Shown: one piece after another, positions 50,184 through 63,541 of the stretch
Numbering within the stretch: the stretch's first letter is position 1
How the letters are laid out: every line of letters begins with the position of its first letter
NCBI RefSeq assembly: GCF_036971445.1
Contig: NC_091478.1
Span: forward strand, 76,260,001 to 76,324,000
Source: Narcine bancroftii
Taxonomy: Eukaryota
DNA length: 64,000 bases
Direction of reading: 5' to 3'
Notes under the pieces: model-generated
The model's input: only the letters and a program-made list of their open reading frames with translations
What the model was told of the DNA's origin: nothing
Database searches by the model: none
Translations under genes and position numbers: made by a program

Positions 50184-51539
50184 TTGCTTATGTATCTTTA
50201 TCTTTGGGCACCTGCCTACATCTTGCTCATACCTTGATGAAGGGCTCAAGCCTAAAACGTTGGATATGTATCTTTACCTTTGCTATATAAAGTACACTGA
50301 ATTTCTCCAGCATTGTGTTTTTACTGCATTCCAGAGTATTCTTTTTGAGATGTTTGGAAATGGGATAAGAAAGAAGGTGATGACAACACGAGAGTCTTGA
50401 AGGTGTCAGACCTGAAACATCATGCCATTTTGGGCACATATGCTGTGGTTGCAGGATTTTACTTGCAAACTCTGTCAGCTCCCTTAGCAGGCCATTTAAA
50501 GCCTGTATGGAGCCATCGGCATTAGGACCAGGCAGTTGAACCCTTTGGCACAGCTTTGTGTCTCCGCTCTCCATATTCCCCAGGTCTGCAGCAGTGCTGC
50601 CGTTACAGCAGCTTTGGCAGTGAGATTTGGTCTACGTGTTTAGGGGCATGGTGGAAATGAAGGAATTGAATTTTAGTGATTCCTCAGTAGATAAAAGTGT
50701 TGAAATTATCAGTCACATGGATAATCGTGTCAGCAAATTATAATAATAAAATGATGGTAGTGCTGTCATGGCAGCACTACCTCTGGAGTGGACCCTCGGA
50801 GAGTGGGTATTGGAGACCACAGAGTCTGGGCCCAAGATGGCAGCAACTACTAAGTGTTGCAGACTCCAGGGAAGCAGAGGACTGGCGAAGAGTGCCAGAA
50901 AAAAGGGAGAACACAGCCCGCTAACCCCCCCCCCTTAAGATAAGCATATGTGATGACCATCTGATGGTGACCATGGCGGCAGACCAACGAGGAGCTCTGG
51001 CTAAAGAACATTCGGTGAGTTTGAGAGTATTCGACAACCTAACAAATCGCCTTAGATTTGAAAAATTGAGGCTTATTGTACCCCTTCACAGTGGCTGGTT
51101 CTGAGCTTGAAGGTACTAACCCTCCCCACCACTTTTCCCTTAGTGAAGACAGATGCGTGGTTCCTTGTCCTCCCCTTCCTAAACTCCACAATAAGCTCCT
51201 CCAATTATTGCATATCTGCTGATTTAAGTCTGAAAGAAAAAATGATTTGCTGTAAGATTGTAGAAGCCACATCAGAAATTGGTGAACTTGGAGGATAATA
51301 GAATGGAAACTATTAAAATTGTATTCAAAGAAATAGGAGTAGGGAGCCTACTCTTTCACTGAGAAACACAGAAAATTGTGAAAGAAGTCAGCAGGTCAGG
51401 CACCATCTGTGGAAAGAGAAACAGTTAATGTTTTATGTCCCAGGCACTTACCAGATTTGTCCAGCACTTTCTGTTTTATTTGAAGTTTCCAGTATTTACA
51501 GTTATTTTCTTCCATCATTTTAGTACCATGAACTCTGAC

Positions 51540-53480
51540 TGCAAATAAGTTACACCCCCTCCCCATAAAACTAAAACCTCCCTAACCCCAACCCCATAAT
51601 ATAAATCATTCATTACTTATTCATGTTAATATTATACAATAACATAAAAAAGAAAAATGGGAGAAAAAAAAAGAAAAAGACTACTGCATTGTACTAAGAG
51701 GCTATGGAACACCAAGGACAACCATTAAGTAGTTACCTACGTCGTCTAGTAATGTCATAGGAATCAGTGATTAGAAGAGATAACATTCACCCACAATCTT
51801 GTGTATATATGGGCTCCATATTTGTAAATATGTATTGTACTTATTTCTCAAATTATAAGTAAATTTTTGCAACAGGCTAGATTTTTGAATTTCCGCATGT
51901 CAACACTCAGACATGAGTCCGACTTCCAAGTGACTGCAATACGCTTTCTTGCTACCGCCAATACTATTTTCACAAACTTCCTTTATTTGACGAAAGTTCC
52001 AGTTTAGGGTTTTTCCCTTCCACGTTCCTTAATAAAAATAAATCAGGGTTTTGTGTGTATGAAATACCAGTAATTCGTTCTAGTTATTCCCCTACTTTTA
52101 CCCAAAAAGGTCAGACTTTTGGACACACCCATGTAGAATGCAAAAAAAAGTACCTTCCTCTATATCACATCTAAAACACTTATTTGATAAATCTAATTTT
52201 ATTTTGTGTAACTTTTATGGCATATATAATTGATGCAAAAAATTATGCTGTACCAATCTTTATCACACATTGATTGGATTGGTCATGCAGTCTCCACTCA
52301 AATCCATCCATGTTTGTTCATCAGTAGTAATGCTCAAATCCTTTTCCCACTTATGTTTAGATTTATAAAGACCTGGTTTATAGGTTGTTCTTTGCAATAA
52401 AAGATACATTGCAAAAGTAAATTTCCATACTGGTCCTTGTCTAACAAGAGTTTCCATTTCACTATACGGGGGGGTAAATTTGAAAGTAACAAAAAAGCAT
52501 ATTTCTAGTTATTCCATATTTGTCCCTCATTTGAATAAAGGACATCAACTGACCTTGTTCATAAACAATCTTCAATAAGTCTAACTCCTTTATTGACCAC
52601 AATTTCAAGAATTTATTATCTTGCAAGAAGTGTTATCAAACTATTCTGAAACAAAATTGTATGAGGTGATGTGTCTCCTTTGATTCCAATGTCCCCATCT
52701 AACTTACCCTAAATATCTATTAAATGCTTCAACAAAGTTGTATCTTTATTTCCTGTCATCAATCTTGAACTCCATTTATAGATAAAGGCCGCAGCTGACT
52801 TCTCACCAGTTTTCCCCAATTCTGTATTAATCCATGCCGGATTTGTCACTTCCTCAAAAAAAGACACAATAAATTGCATCTGAGATGCTCTATAATAATT
52901 ATAAAAATTTGAAAGTTGCAGTCCCTCAAATTTATATTTCCATGTTAATTTCTGCATCAATACTCTTAACATTTTACTTTTCCATAAAAATTTCTGGATC
53001 CATTTATTGAGTTCCTTAAAAAACTTATGAGGTACTAAAAGAGGTAAGTTTAGAAAGAGAGTGAATTCTTGGAAAAATCTTCATCTTTATACAATTAACT
53101 CTCCCTATTAAAGTAATAGGTAACGTCATACACTTCTTTAAGTCCTCTTCAACTTTATGAAGCAATGGTAGATAATTCAATTTTTATAAATTCTTCAAAT
53201 TGTCATCTGCTCTAATCCCCAAATATTTAATCCCATTTTTTTGGCCACTTAAACCGAGTGTTTCATGATCATATGAATGGCATAACTTCACTTTTATTCC
53301 AATTTATCTTACAACACGAAACCTGTCCATATTCTTCTAACTAGAAATGTAATTGCTTTAAGGAAGGCTTGGGTTCAGTCAAATAAACCAACATTTCATC
53401 TGGAAATAGACTAATTTTATGTTCTTCATGACTGACTCTGAATCCCTTAATAGACATATCATCTAATCATTTCTGCAAGA
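51540..53480 (-). mobile_element. L1-clade LINE ORF2 fragment
   Basis: KINWNKSEVM, IKYLGI, LPITLIGRVNCIKMKIFPR, CCHC-type region (CFRC...HSTWVC). Confidence 0.85.
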
Positions 53481-56230
53481 AGTTCAGCTCTAGTAAGTTT
53501 TTGACTCAGCATGTTCCATCAGCCAGTTGTGATGCCATAGAGGATTCAGTGGTTCACAGAGTCAAGATGACAGTCATGATGGATAACTATATAACATAAG
53601 AGAACACAAGAAATAGATGCAGGAGTGGGCCATCTGTAGAAAGTAGAACGATAACTGATAACACGTGTTGAATACAAGTTACTATGAAGGCCTTTAAAAG
53701 TAACTTAATGGAGTAATGAGTGGGAAACACAAAGGCGAAAATTGATATTTGGAAAAATGTTTCACAAAAATGTATGGCTATAATTTGCAGTACTTCAACC
53801 ATTCGTAACTGGTGGAGACAGGTTTTACTCCTGATGTTTTTGCTTTCTATACTAGTAATTGGAAAGGAATAGTCCAAAATAACCTTGAACTTCTTTGATT
53901 ATGGTTTGTGGAAAAGCAAAATCAGCTCCAGACTGGCATCGTTTGAGCAACAGTAAAAATGAAGGATGTATTAAAGTGAATGTTGGATGAGAAGAAGGAT
54001 AATGGAGTGCTGTAGATCTGAGAGCAGGGTGCCGATGCTGTGGGAAGCAAGAAACTAAGGATTAAAAAAAGAGTGCAAATGAGCCACTGTAGGTAAGGAA
54101 GCACAAGATAGTGGGAAAAGGGATTGAGTGCAAGGTAGGATAGGGGCAGTAGAGTTATAGATACTTAAGTTACTGCAGGGTGAACAATGGCATGATGGTT
54201 TGTAAAGTGAAAGAATAATAGAATTTAGAGCTAATGAAGGAATGGATAGAATTAATAGAGGTAAGCAAACTTGGGTGGAGAGAAAATAGAAGTCTGCCCA
54301 GGTTGTTGTATACTTGGGCAGTGATCTGGGTGAGGGATGGCACTGGTGCTAAGAGAGTGTTGCTGTGTTCAGAACTTTGTCTCCTGGCTAAATTACATGC
54401 AGAATAGGGTGGGTTCCTGCTCTGTACTGGAAATATGTTTACAAAGAGAATATTTTGCTTTTAAATTTTTTTTAAATTGTGACATAACTTCAGTTAGCAT
54501 GCTTCAATTGTACTGCAACTTGCTAACAGGCTATTATTATCAGATGACCTTATTTAAATGGCAGAGTAGGCTCGAAGGGGTGAATGGTTCAGTTCTGCCC
54601 CTTTTTCAAGTGCCCTAAGAAGTTTATTGTCTCATAGAACACAGGGAGAGACCACTTGGCATTGTCATTTGCCAGCTGTTTGAAAGAACTTTCAGTCATG
54701 GCACAGTCGCTACTCTTTCACTGTAGCCCTATCATTTAATGCACGTCGACATATTATCAGAATATATACATGACCCCACATACAACTCTGCAATTCTTTT
54801 TCCTGTGGGCAGAATTTCTACTTATCACCCCTCTTTCTGAACAGAAAATAATATAAATAGACAGAAGCAGACAAGTAAAAATACCCTTCTTTACATTTTG
54901 ACAAATAGGCATTTCTATCTTAGGGTTATCCAGTTCCTCGGTGCTTCTTCAGTATCAGAATTGACACTATAGGGTCAGAAAACAGCAATGGAAAACTCAG
55001 TATGGCCAACAGCAGATGTAGCAGCAAAAGGTCAATGTCAATTTTTCGAGCTGCAACCCCTGAATCGGACTTAGAGGGAATTGCTGATTAATAGCAGTAT
55101 GAGATAGGTGGGATAGAAGCTGGTAGGTAACAGATTGAACCAGATATACTGGCAATCTTCTTCCCTCTCAGACCCACTGCAGGGTCGTGACCTAAAATGT
55201 CAGCATGTACCTTTTGACTCCATAAATGCTGTTTATCTACTGAATTCTAATTTTGTTCCAGATTCCTGCGTTTACATTCTCTTTTGTCAACAGAAGTGTA
55301 TAGTTTATTAAACTGTACAAACAAGATTCATGATTATTTTATGGTGATGTCACAAAATTTCCTTTATTCTACTGTAAGGCAGACAAAGATTCACTATCAG
55401 CAAAAATTGCCCTGTGTCCTTTTCAGCCAGAGAAAGAGAAGCAAAGGAGAATGCCCTCCCCCCGCCCCCCCCCCCCCCCCCCCCGGGTCACTGAATGTCC
55501 ATGGCTCTCGCTTCCAGCGCTCCTCCAGCCTCTGCAGCCACATAGCCTTCAGTTTGAACCATCAACTGTCTGAACCATCAGCAAGCCGATCTCCAGATGT
55601 ACGCCTCTGACCAGAAAGCCTCCAGTTCAGATACCTGGTACCCCTTCAGCTAGTCTCCAGCAGTCCACTGACTGTGTGTTATTCAGCCTCGAAACCCCTC
55701 GCTGGTCTTGCGCAATGGTCACCGTACCATGGGCCATCTCAACAGCTTCTCCTTCTCAAACGGGGGAGGTCTCCCCGTTTCTTGATGCCCTGCGCTAGTC
55801 CTCCTCTTGGGCAGAGTCACCAATCCCCTTGTGGCGCCACCATCTTGAGCACGGACCCTAGCTGTCATAGAATTTTAAAATAAGTCACCGCTGACTCCTT
55901 TAACAGGCCGTTTAAAGCCTGTATGGAGCTGACGCCAGTCAGACTGGCCTGCTGGACCTCGAGGGGGGAGTGCTATGTCTTTGCTGCCTGCTCTCTGTGT
56001 CTGCACCAGCAGCTCCAGCTTTTTTTGTTTGAACATGACACACAGTGGAGCTAACACAATCCTATTTGTGTGAGGTCAGTGGACCCTATCACTAATGTTT
56101 GTACCTCTAATCAATTCAGGTATGGTGAATAATGCTATGAAAATATTTGTTCTCTTGTCCATAAGAATAAAGGAAATGTGTGGTGAGAGGAGTGACAGAA
56201 CCTAAATGTCAATCTATTTTTATTTTGCAG

Positions 56231-56366
56231 GAGTAACTGCGATTCCAGTGCAGCTACCATTCTGAGACAGCACTACAAACGGCCATATTTTATCCCAGCC
56301 ATTTCCGAATCCAGTAAAATGGACTGGATATTCATGGGAGTGCCAGGGCATGGAGCACATATGCAT
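56231..56366 (+). CDS. JmjC/cupin protein exon 2
   Basis: (W)SNCDSSAATILRQHYKRPYFIPAISESSKMDWIFMGVPGHGAHMH; ttttgcag acceptor, gtaag donor; 136 nt. Confidence 0.9.
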
Positions 56367-57184
56367 GTAAGATTGACAAATTAAACTTAGCTCTTTTGCT
56401 GGTTAGAACATTATCTGCTGGATAGTATTCTTCCTGATTGTAATGAACTCATCAAATTTTCAATTTGGGTTATGTTAAACAGAACAAAGCACAGTTAGAT
56501 TATACATGAGTATTGTGTACAGTATTGGACCTCAGTTTTCTGGAAAGGATATTGAAGTAGTGGAGTAGAAAGGTGGCGATGCCAGAAGGGTGAGGACTGA
56601 CCTAATAGAGATCTTTAAAATTATACAATTTCAAGATAAAATGATGGTTATGTGGAATTCACTCAACTGAATAGTTATTTAATACTATCATGCATTTCGG
56701 GGGAAACTAGATATGTACCTCGTGGGAAAACAAATAGAATATTGTGCTGATAGGGTAAGAAGATGAAGGTCTGTAGAGGGCTTGAGCATTGCACAAACAC
56801 CTGCATGGTCTGATCAGCCTATTCCTCTGCTCCTCATTCTCTCGGTGTGGTCCTTCTCTGTTGCGTGCTGCCTTGATGTGAACAGTATTGATTCATCCCA
56901 TCTGGAATTCAGCGGTTTCTCTGTGTTCATACCAACCACTTCATGGGTGGTGTTGCCAAAATCAAAATTGGGCTTCAGTCAGCAGTTTATACAACACTAC
57001 AGAAGTTGTTTTTTAGTTTCCCAATATTATGCTTGTGCCACAATCTTTTTTTTGTTTTTCTTTGCCACCCTATCTTCTCTTTACTCTGCTTTTCTACTCA
57101 ACCTCCCCCACCTATCCCCCTTTCGGGAAAGTGGACTGCCTATAGAGATTTTAGAGAATTGGATAGTCCCTCCAGTGAGACGTG

Positions 57185-57425
57185 GGACATGTTTGTGTGT
57201 TGATTGGAGTGAGCCTTGGGGGTCTGCTTTCGACAATGGGGTGCAGCTGTGGGATTATTGGGGTGAGCTGTTGGGCTATGCTTTCTACAATGGGGTGCAG
57301 CTGTGGGACGTGATTAGACGAGCCGTGGAGCTGTGCTTCCTGCAGTGGGCTGCAGCTGTGGAATGTGTTGGGGCGAGCCTTTGGACCTGTTTGTGTGTTG
57401 GTTGGGGCGAGCTGTGGGACCTGCT
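57185..57425. repeat. Degenerate tandem repeat of about 60 bp
   Basis: Recurring caatggggtgcagctgtggga and tgtttgtgtgttg motifs. Confidence 0.6.
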
Positions 57426-57494
57426 TTTTCCAAGGAGATAAAACAGCTCCACCCTCTGGGCCATCACCTGCCCACTGTCCTGTCTATTATAGAA

Positions 57495-57680
57495 TGTCAT
57501 GGTTGTGGTTAGCACAATGCTGTTACAGTGCCAGCCACCAGGAGATTCGAATCCCATGCTGTCTGTAAGGAGTACATTCTCCCTCTGTCTGCGTGGGTTT
57601 CCTCCCACCGTTCAAAAATGTACCGAGGGTTATATGTCAACTGGGCGGCACGGGCTGCTGGGCCAAAATGGTCTGTTATA
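57495..57680 (+). mobile_element. tRNA-derived SINE-like element
   Basis: gtggttagcacaatgctgttacagtgccag...gattcgaatccc...gctgtctgtaaggagt. Confidence 0.65.
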
Positions 57681-57681
57681 A

Positions 57682-58924
57682 TTTCAATCTCCACCTGTCC
57701 AGCATCCAAGTTGAACGTTGCACTTAGTTGTTCAGCAATGCATGTGATGTCCACTTGCATGGAAGGATTGGAAATGAATGACACATGGCTCAAGCTGATC
57801 AAAGTCACAAAACCTGTTCTTAAACTGTTTATGCCCAAGTCTGTTTATGACTTGAGAGTACTTTTCTGCAACTTTATCAAAAAGTATCAGATGCAGAAGC
57901 ATTGTCTTTCAACACTGAATGCACAGAGGTAAATGCACCAAGAAAAGGTTGATCTTGACTTTAAATGCATTTACAGCACTTATCATGCGAGCAACAGTCT
58001 TACCTTTGCCTTGCAGCTCCCAGTTCAAGTGGTTTAGTTTCCCAGTGATGACCGTTAAAAATGCAAGGTCAAGTATCCACTCATTGTCCTCCAGCAGCGA
58101 GGCGTCTTCGCCTTTGGATTGCATGAACTCTTTGATCTCACCCAAAAGTGACAAAAAACATTAGAAAACTTGTTCCCTGCTGAGCCATCGGATTTTTGTG
58201 TGCAGTAACAGGTCACCATATTCAGCTGACAGCTCCTCCAATAGCACCTTGAATATCCTGTGCAGTTTCGTTTTGGAGCGGATGCCATTTATGATCTTCC
58301 CGACTGGAGTCATCACATGCTCAAAGCCGGTCACTTTTGCACATATCGCCTGCTGGTGAAGGGTGCAGTGGTAATGCAGAAATGTTGGGAAGTCTGTGTC
58401 ACCTTTACAGTACGTGATGAAACCTGCATGTCAGCTGGTCATAGCAGGAGCTCCTTCTGTAGTCACCGATACCAGCTTTTCCAATGGTACCTTTATCTCC
58501 GCTAAAAACCTCTTCACTGCATTATAGATGTCAACTCCCCTCATAGTTGTCTTTAGGGGCAGTAGTGTCAGGAGTTCTTCTTTTCTGATAAAGATCATCA
58601 GCTGTGCTGTACTGCTGCTGTCCATGGACTTGTCGCACTGGATGCTAAACCACCTGCACTTCGCCAGGTCCTGGTCCAGCTGCTCGGACAAGTTTCTGGA
58701 CATAGCCGAAACTCTTCTAACCGTCGTACTTGCCCCCAGTTGGACATCGGAGAGGGTGGATATGACATCGGCTCCATTCTTCTCGTCTTTAAACACAGTG
58801 TTGGCAATTATCATCATTGCTTCTTTGAAAACCACCCTGTCTGAAAATGCTGCCTTCTTTATCAAAAAATGAGGCTTCGGTTGTTTTTTGGGAGTTTTTC
58901 ACAGGCCTCGTGAAAAAAAGACTG
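57682..58924 (-). mobile_element. hAT (Charlie/GTF2IRD2-like) transposase pseudogene
   Basis: WFSIQCD.S.D...AQLMIFIR, LVSVTT.GAPAM, WILDLAFL..IT..LN.LN.ELQGK; multiple frameshifts. Confidence 0.85.
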
Positions 58925-59176
58925 CTGCGCCTCACAGTTGGGCGGGCAGCAACCTCCTTTGAAGAAGACCGCAGAGCCCACCTCACTGACAAAAGACAAA
59001 GGAGGAAAAACCCAACACCCAACCCCAACCCACCAATTTTTCCCTTGCAACCACTGCAACCGTGTCTGCCTGTCCCGCATCGGACTTGTCAGCCACAAAC
59101 GAGCCTGCAGCTGACGTGGACATTACCCCTCCATAAATCTTCGTCCGCGAAGCCAAGCCAAAGAAAGAAAGAAAAG
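58925..59176 (+). mobile_element. Young RTE LINE, short 3' piece
   Basis: Matches the 3' end of the other copies; (aaag)n tail. Confidence 0.88.
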
Positions 59177-59574
59177 AGGAAATATGTAAAGCATAGATAA
59201 GTTAGGCAGCCAGAGTTTGTTTCCCATGGTAGGGGCATCTAAAACTAGGGGTATGTTTAAGGTGAAAAGGAGGTGGTTTAAAGGGAACTTTCATACAGAG
59301 TAGATGGAATGAAGGTGGTGGATGCAGGAACATGAACAGCATTTAAGATCGATCTGGCCAGGTCCTTAAATAAGCATAAAGGGATATGGAATCAATGCAG
59401 CTGGTGAAATTAGTATAGACATGATGGTCAGCAAAGATGGGCTGAAGGGTCTGTATCTGTATTGTACAATTTTGATTCTATGTCCTACAGTTGTTGGCAT
59501 AGGCATTTTCCTTCCTTGTATTTAAATGTAAATGAAAATGTTTGTTTTTAAACTTGTTTTTTTCTCCATTTTAG

Positions 59575-59704
59575 ATTGACGATGTAGACAATCCATCTTG
59601 GCAGGCCCAAATCAGGGGCACCAAACAATGGAAGCTGGAACCCCCTGCTGAATGCTACTTTGATTGCTCTTCACTGGAAGCCATTGTATATCCTGGCCAA
59701 ATAA
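59575..59704 (+). CDS. JmjC/cupin protein exon 3
   Basis: IDDVDNPSWQAQIRGTKQWKLEPPAECYFDCSSLEAIVYPGQI; long pyrimidine tract plus tag acceptor, gtatgt donor; 130 nt. Confidence 0.9.
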
Positions 59705-62700
59705 GTATGTAGGTTTGACTGACATAGGATTAGTGTAAATGAATGGTAGGCATTGACTCTATCCATTTGGCCTGTTCTTGTTCTGTATGACTCTCCACAA
59801 ACAACACAACTTACCCATCCAGTATCTTCAGTGTTGAAAGAAAGTCTAAAGTAACCCGTATAAATTACTGTATTATTCCAGAATTTTTCCTGGATCCAGT
59901 ATTCCCACCGTTTTGGACTCTCATCTGATTACATTGAACAGTTCAAGCTTGTCACCACATGCCTGGAAATAATTTGTTGTTGTATGATTGGTTGTCAGTT
60001 GAAGCTTAATTTGCCCATTGACTCCTGATGGCATAGATTTGACAGTAGTTGTGCCATTATTGAGAACTGACACAGTGAACTTTCCAAGTACAATCCTCAG
60101 TTTGAGCAAAGACAAAGGCAGCCTGTCAATGGGAGTTAGCTGACCCCTGAATACAGGATTATATTTGAATTACCCAACAATGAATGAGTTAGAGCTCAAA
60201 TGATTATATTTGATGCAAGTAAACACAGAAAATGCTGGAAATACTCAACAGAACAGACAGCATCTATAGAGAGAGTAAGAGTTAATGTTTCAGGTGAGAG
60301 TAACATTAAAAAAAAACTGCAGATGCTAGAATCTTGAGTGAACAAAGAGAAGCTGAAGGGATTCAGTAGATCAGGCAGTATTCTCAGAAAGAAATGGGCA
60401 GGCAGCATTTTGGACTTTATCAAGATTGTTCACTCATTATTGTTTCAGGTTGATGACCCATCATCATAATCTTGAAAGTTATAAATCAAACCAGCTCTGT
60501 GTTCCAGAGAAGGGGAAAATGAAGAGAACAGTGAGAAAGTCTGGGATAGTGTGGTGGTGAAACAGTCATGATGGTGTTGATTGCTTATTAAAAGGTTCAC
60601 GTTGAGAGCAAGGTGGAAATTCCAAGTAAAAGTGAAGCTTTCAAGTTCTATATAAAAGGAAGAAGCAGTAGCAAACAAAAATTAAGCAAAGAAATTTTCC
60701 ACGTACCCCACAGAGAGAGAGCCTGTACCTTTGATTTAGAAATAAGTTCAAGGAGAATGGGTTTGGGTCCTTTGGTAGGATTTTTCAATGAAGAAGCAAG
60801 AGCATTTAGGACTTTCAGGTACAGGTTGGAAGCATGAAGATTTAGACATCCAAGCTGAAAATTTGATGGGTTGGAACTGGGGTATGGTTAACCGTCAATG
60901 CTATAGCCAGCATCAAAGGTGTCAGATCAGAATTTGTTGTCATGAACAAGTCATGAAATTCGGTGTTTTGTGGCAAGATGCAAGTAGAAAGGAGATAAAG
61001 AACAGAATTCTGGGAGGAAAAGTCGAGGCCTGATGTCCTGAATGTCTATGCACAAAGTAACTATCTGCAGTTAGACTTTATACTATACTGCTGAGGTCAC
61101 CTATGAATAGAGAAAACATGCAAAGCTAAGCTAACTGATCGTCAATTGAGAACCTGGTGATTGGGCCCACTCCAAGCATTGCACTGGATGGAGAGAGGCT
61201 AGAGAAATAAAAGCAGTTCAGTCCCATTGTCCATCATTATCTTATGTTTCTCTTGTGAATAATTGGAAGTTTGAAAATGTGAATGATTTGAAGAGTTTTT
61301 CCAGGAGGATTTAAAAGGTGAGCATTGGAGTATACAAAGAGTTAACTGGTGATGCAACTTTTATGTAACTCTTGTTTGCGCAGAGGCATTTTGTAAAGAC
61401 AAATGAGTAGAATATCCAATTGCCGCTTGTCTAGTCACACATGAGCAATGTGTAAGGGCAGTTGGAGAGTATTGCAACAACAGCCTGGTTTGAGTTACTT
61501 CAGATGAGAAAAGACTAAACCAAGTGTCCAAGGAGCAAATTAATTTAAATAATTTACATCCATCCAGCCGGATCTTGTAAGTTGTTGAACGAAGAGTGAA
61601 CCTTACCAACCCACACAGAAAGCTCAACAGTGCATTCATGCCAATCAGGAATTCAGTTCACTGAGGTGGTCAATTTCATACTGAATAGTAGAATTACAGC
61701 CAGGAGTTTGCTAATTCATGATTTATGGTAATAGCAAGTTTTTTTTGTTAGTGTCATGAGATTATTTATCTACTTTTCGAAGTATTACTTTTAAAAATCC
61801 ATATGCACCTGCCTATTGCTGAACTATGTTACTGTTTCAAGATATCACATTACTGACTAGGTGCCTTTAATTTCCACAGCATTTGACTTAAAGGCACCTA
61901 TAAAAGATTCTAGAGCACTGTGTTCAGGTAATTATGTAAGGTTCATGAAAAGTGCAGAGCAGGTCCTATCAACAGTGAAATATATATTGCATGAATAATT
62001 TCCATGTTAGTGGATAAGTAATGATTGCTGTCCTAAATAAACACTAGTTTAGAAATGGAATGAGGTACAATATATAGAGTTGTCCATAGGTCCAGTCGGA
62101 GATATTCTGCAAGGCTGAAACTCATAATATTAAATGCAATATTGCAAAATTATACAGACTGAGCTGGACAAATTGTAATTTTGCAGAAGGTACCTATGTT
62201 GTAGTTGGTATTATCTAACACAGCTTGCTTTGGTCACTATTAAATTTAATTAAATTTTTAATTTAGACATACAGCACACTAACAGGCCATTTCAGCCCAA
62301 GAGCCTGTGCGTAACTCTCTGAATAAGGTCATTGGTGTTCATAAGCCTGCTACTGTATATCCATAATTAAGACGGTTTATCCAGCTTCAAAGAAAAAGTA
62401 GATAAACTTGTCATTGGATGTTGCAGTCAAATGTTAAACAAATGAAGCTTATTATTATTTTTATATTCATCAATGCCTCTGCAATGTTGTGCTGCATGAC
62501 TGATATCCCTTTCTGGAAGATGGAAATTTTCTGGAGGGACACTGTCATTGATCCTCACCACCAACTCAGTTCTTCAGCTACTACATCCCTTCTATGGTCA
62601 CGATTAAGGGCAGGATCAGGGTGTTTACCGCTGTAGTTATTCCTAACCTCTTGCATCACATCTTTAACATCATCGAGAATATCTTCTCTTTGGTAAGGGC

Positions 62701-63262
62701 TGTCTTTACTTTTGCCTCATTTCATCTGTCTCCAGGTTCAGTTATTCTAATAGTCTCACTCTTTTCCAGCTGTAGACAAAATGCTGCTTCCTAGATTGTA
62801 TTTGCACCAAATTCCAACCCCAGTCACTTCTAATCTGATTAACAATGGACCATGGACATCACATCAAACTGTTAGACTCAACGTTCAACTGCAAACTCAA
62901 GGGCAAAGGGCTTTGAAGACAAATGAATAGAATTAATCTGCTGCTGTGTTATTGTTCATGCCTTTAAGAAGAGACATATTGACCTCGTCCATGAGCAACA
63001 GCTGTTCCAGCTCAGTTTATTGATGGGAGAGTCGACAATATGCAGAATAACGTGCTTTTTATTGCTTTGGTGCTCGTTCAGCAACTCAGCTGGAGTTGAG
63101 AGGATATTACTTGTACCACCACCTCTGTTGCACATGAACTGAAGTGTACTGGACAGTTCACCTTGACTACTTCAACCGTTCGAACTTTTTAAAAGTGTAA
63201 ATTGGTGGTATGAGCTGAAAAGGTATAGCTGATATGCTAACTTTGTTTCCTTCTCCTTTCAG

Positions 63263-63348
63263 TTGTGCTGGACACAAATAAATGGTTTCATGAAACTCAC
63301 ATTTTGGGAGAAGAACTCAGTATTACTATTGGTTCGGAATACGACTGA
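63263..63348 (+). CDS. JmjC/cupin protein exon 4 (last)
   Basis: (I)VLDTNKWFHETHILGEELSITIGSEYD*; strong acceptor; completes a 963-nt ORF from 47814. Confidence 0.9.
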
Positions 63349-63505
63349 ATTCTGTAAAGTCTTAACCTCGAAGGAAAAAGATACACTCGCCATATTGTTA
63401 TGGAACGAAAGGAAGATTTGAGAAAAGCTCCAGGATTGGTAAATGATTCTGGTGAAGTTTGGCTATAGTGGTTTATGATTCACAAAGCCTCAAATGGTGA
63501 TTAAA

Positions 63506-63541
63506 AATAAATTACTTGTAATTCATTCTCAACCAAATAAA
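63506..63541 (+). terminator. Candidate poly(A) signals of the JmjC-like gene
   Basis: AATAAA at 63506 and 63536, about 160-190 nt after the stop. Confidence 0.55.

Noticed and set aside
56782-57441. 219-aa hydrophobic ORF
   Set aside because: Intronic, non-ATG start, runs through repeat debris and a degenerate minisatellite, no recognisable domain.
57495-57570. Additional tRNA gene (GATTCGAATCCC box)
   Set aside because: No cloverleaf, and it continues into a dispersed repeat body also found at 27505-27722, so it is a SINE head.
57909-58865. GTF2IRD2/EPM2AIP1-like domesticated transposase gene
   Set aside because: Multiple frameshifts and truncation at both ends; a decayed hAT copy in an intron.
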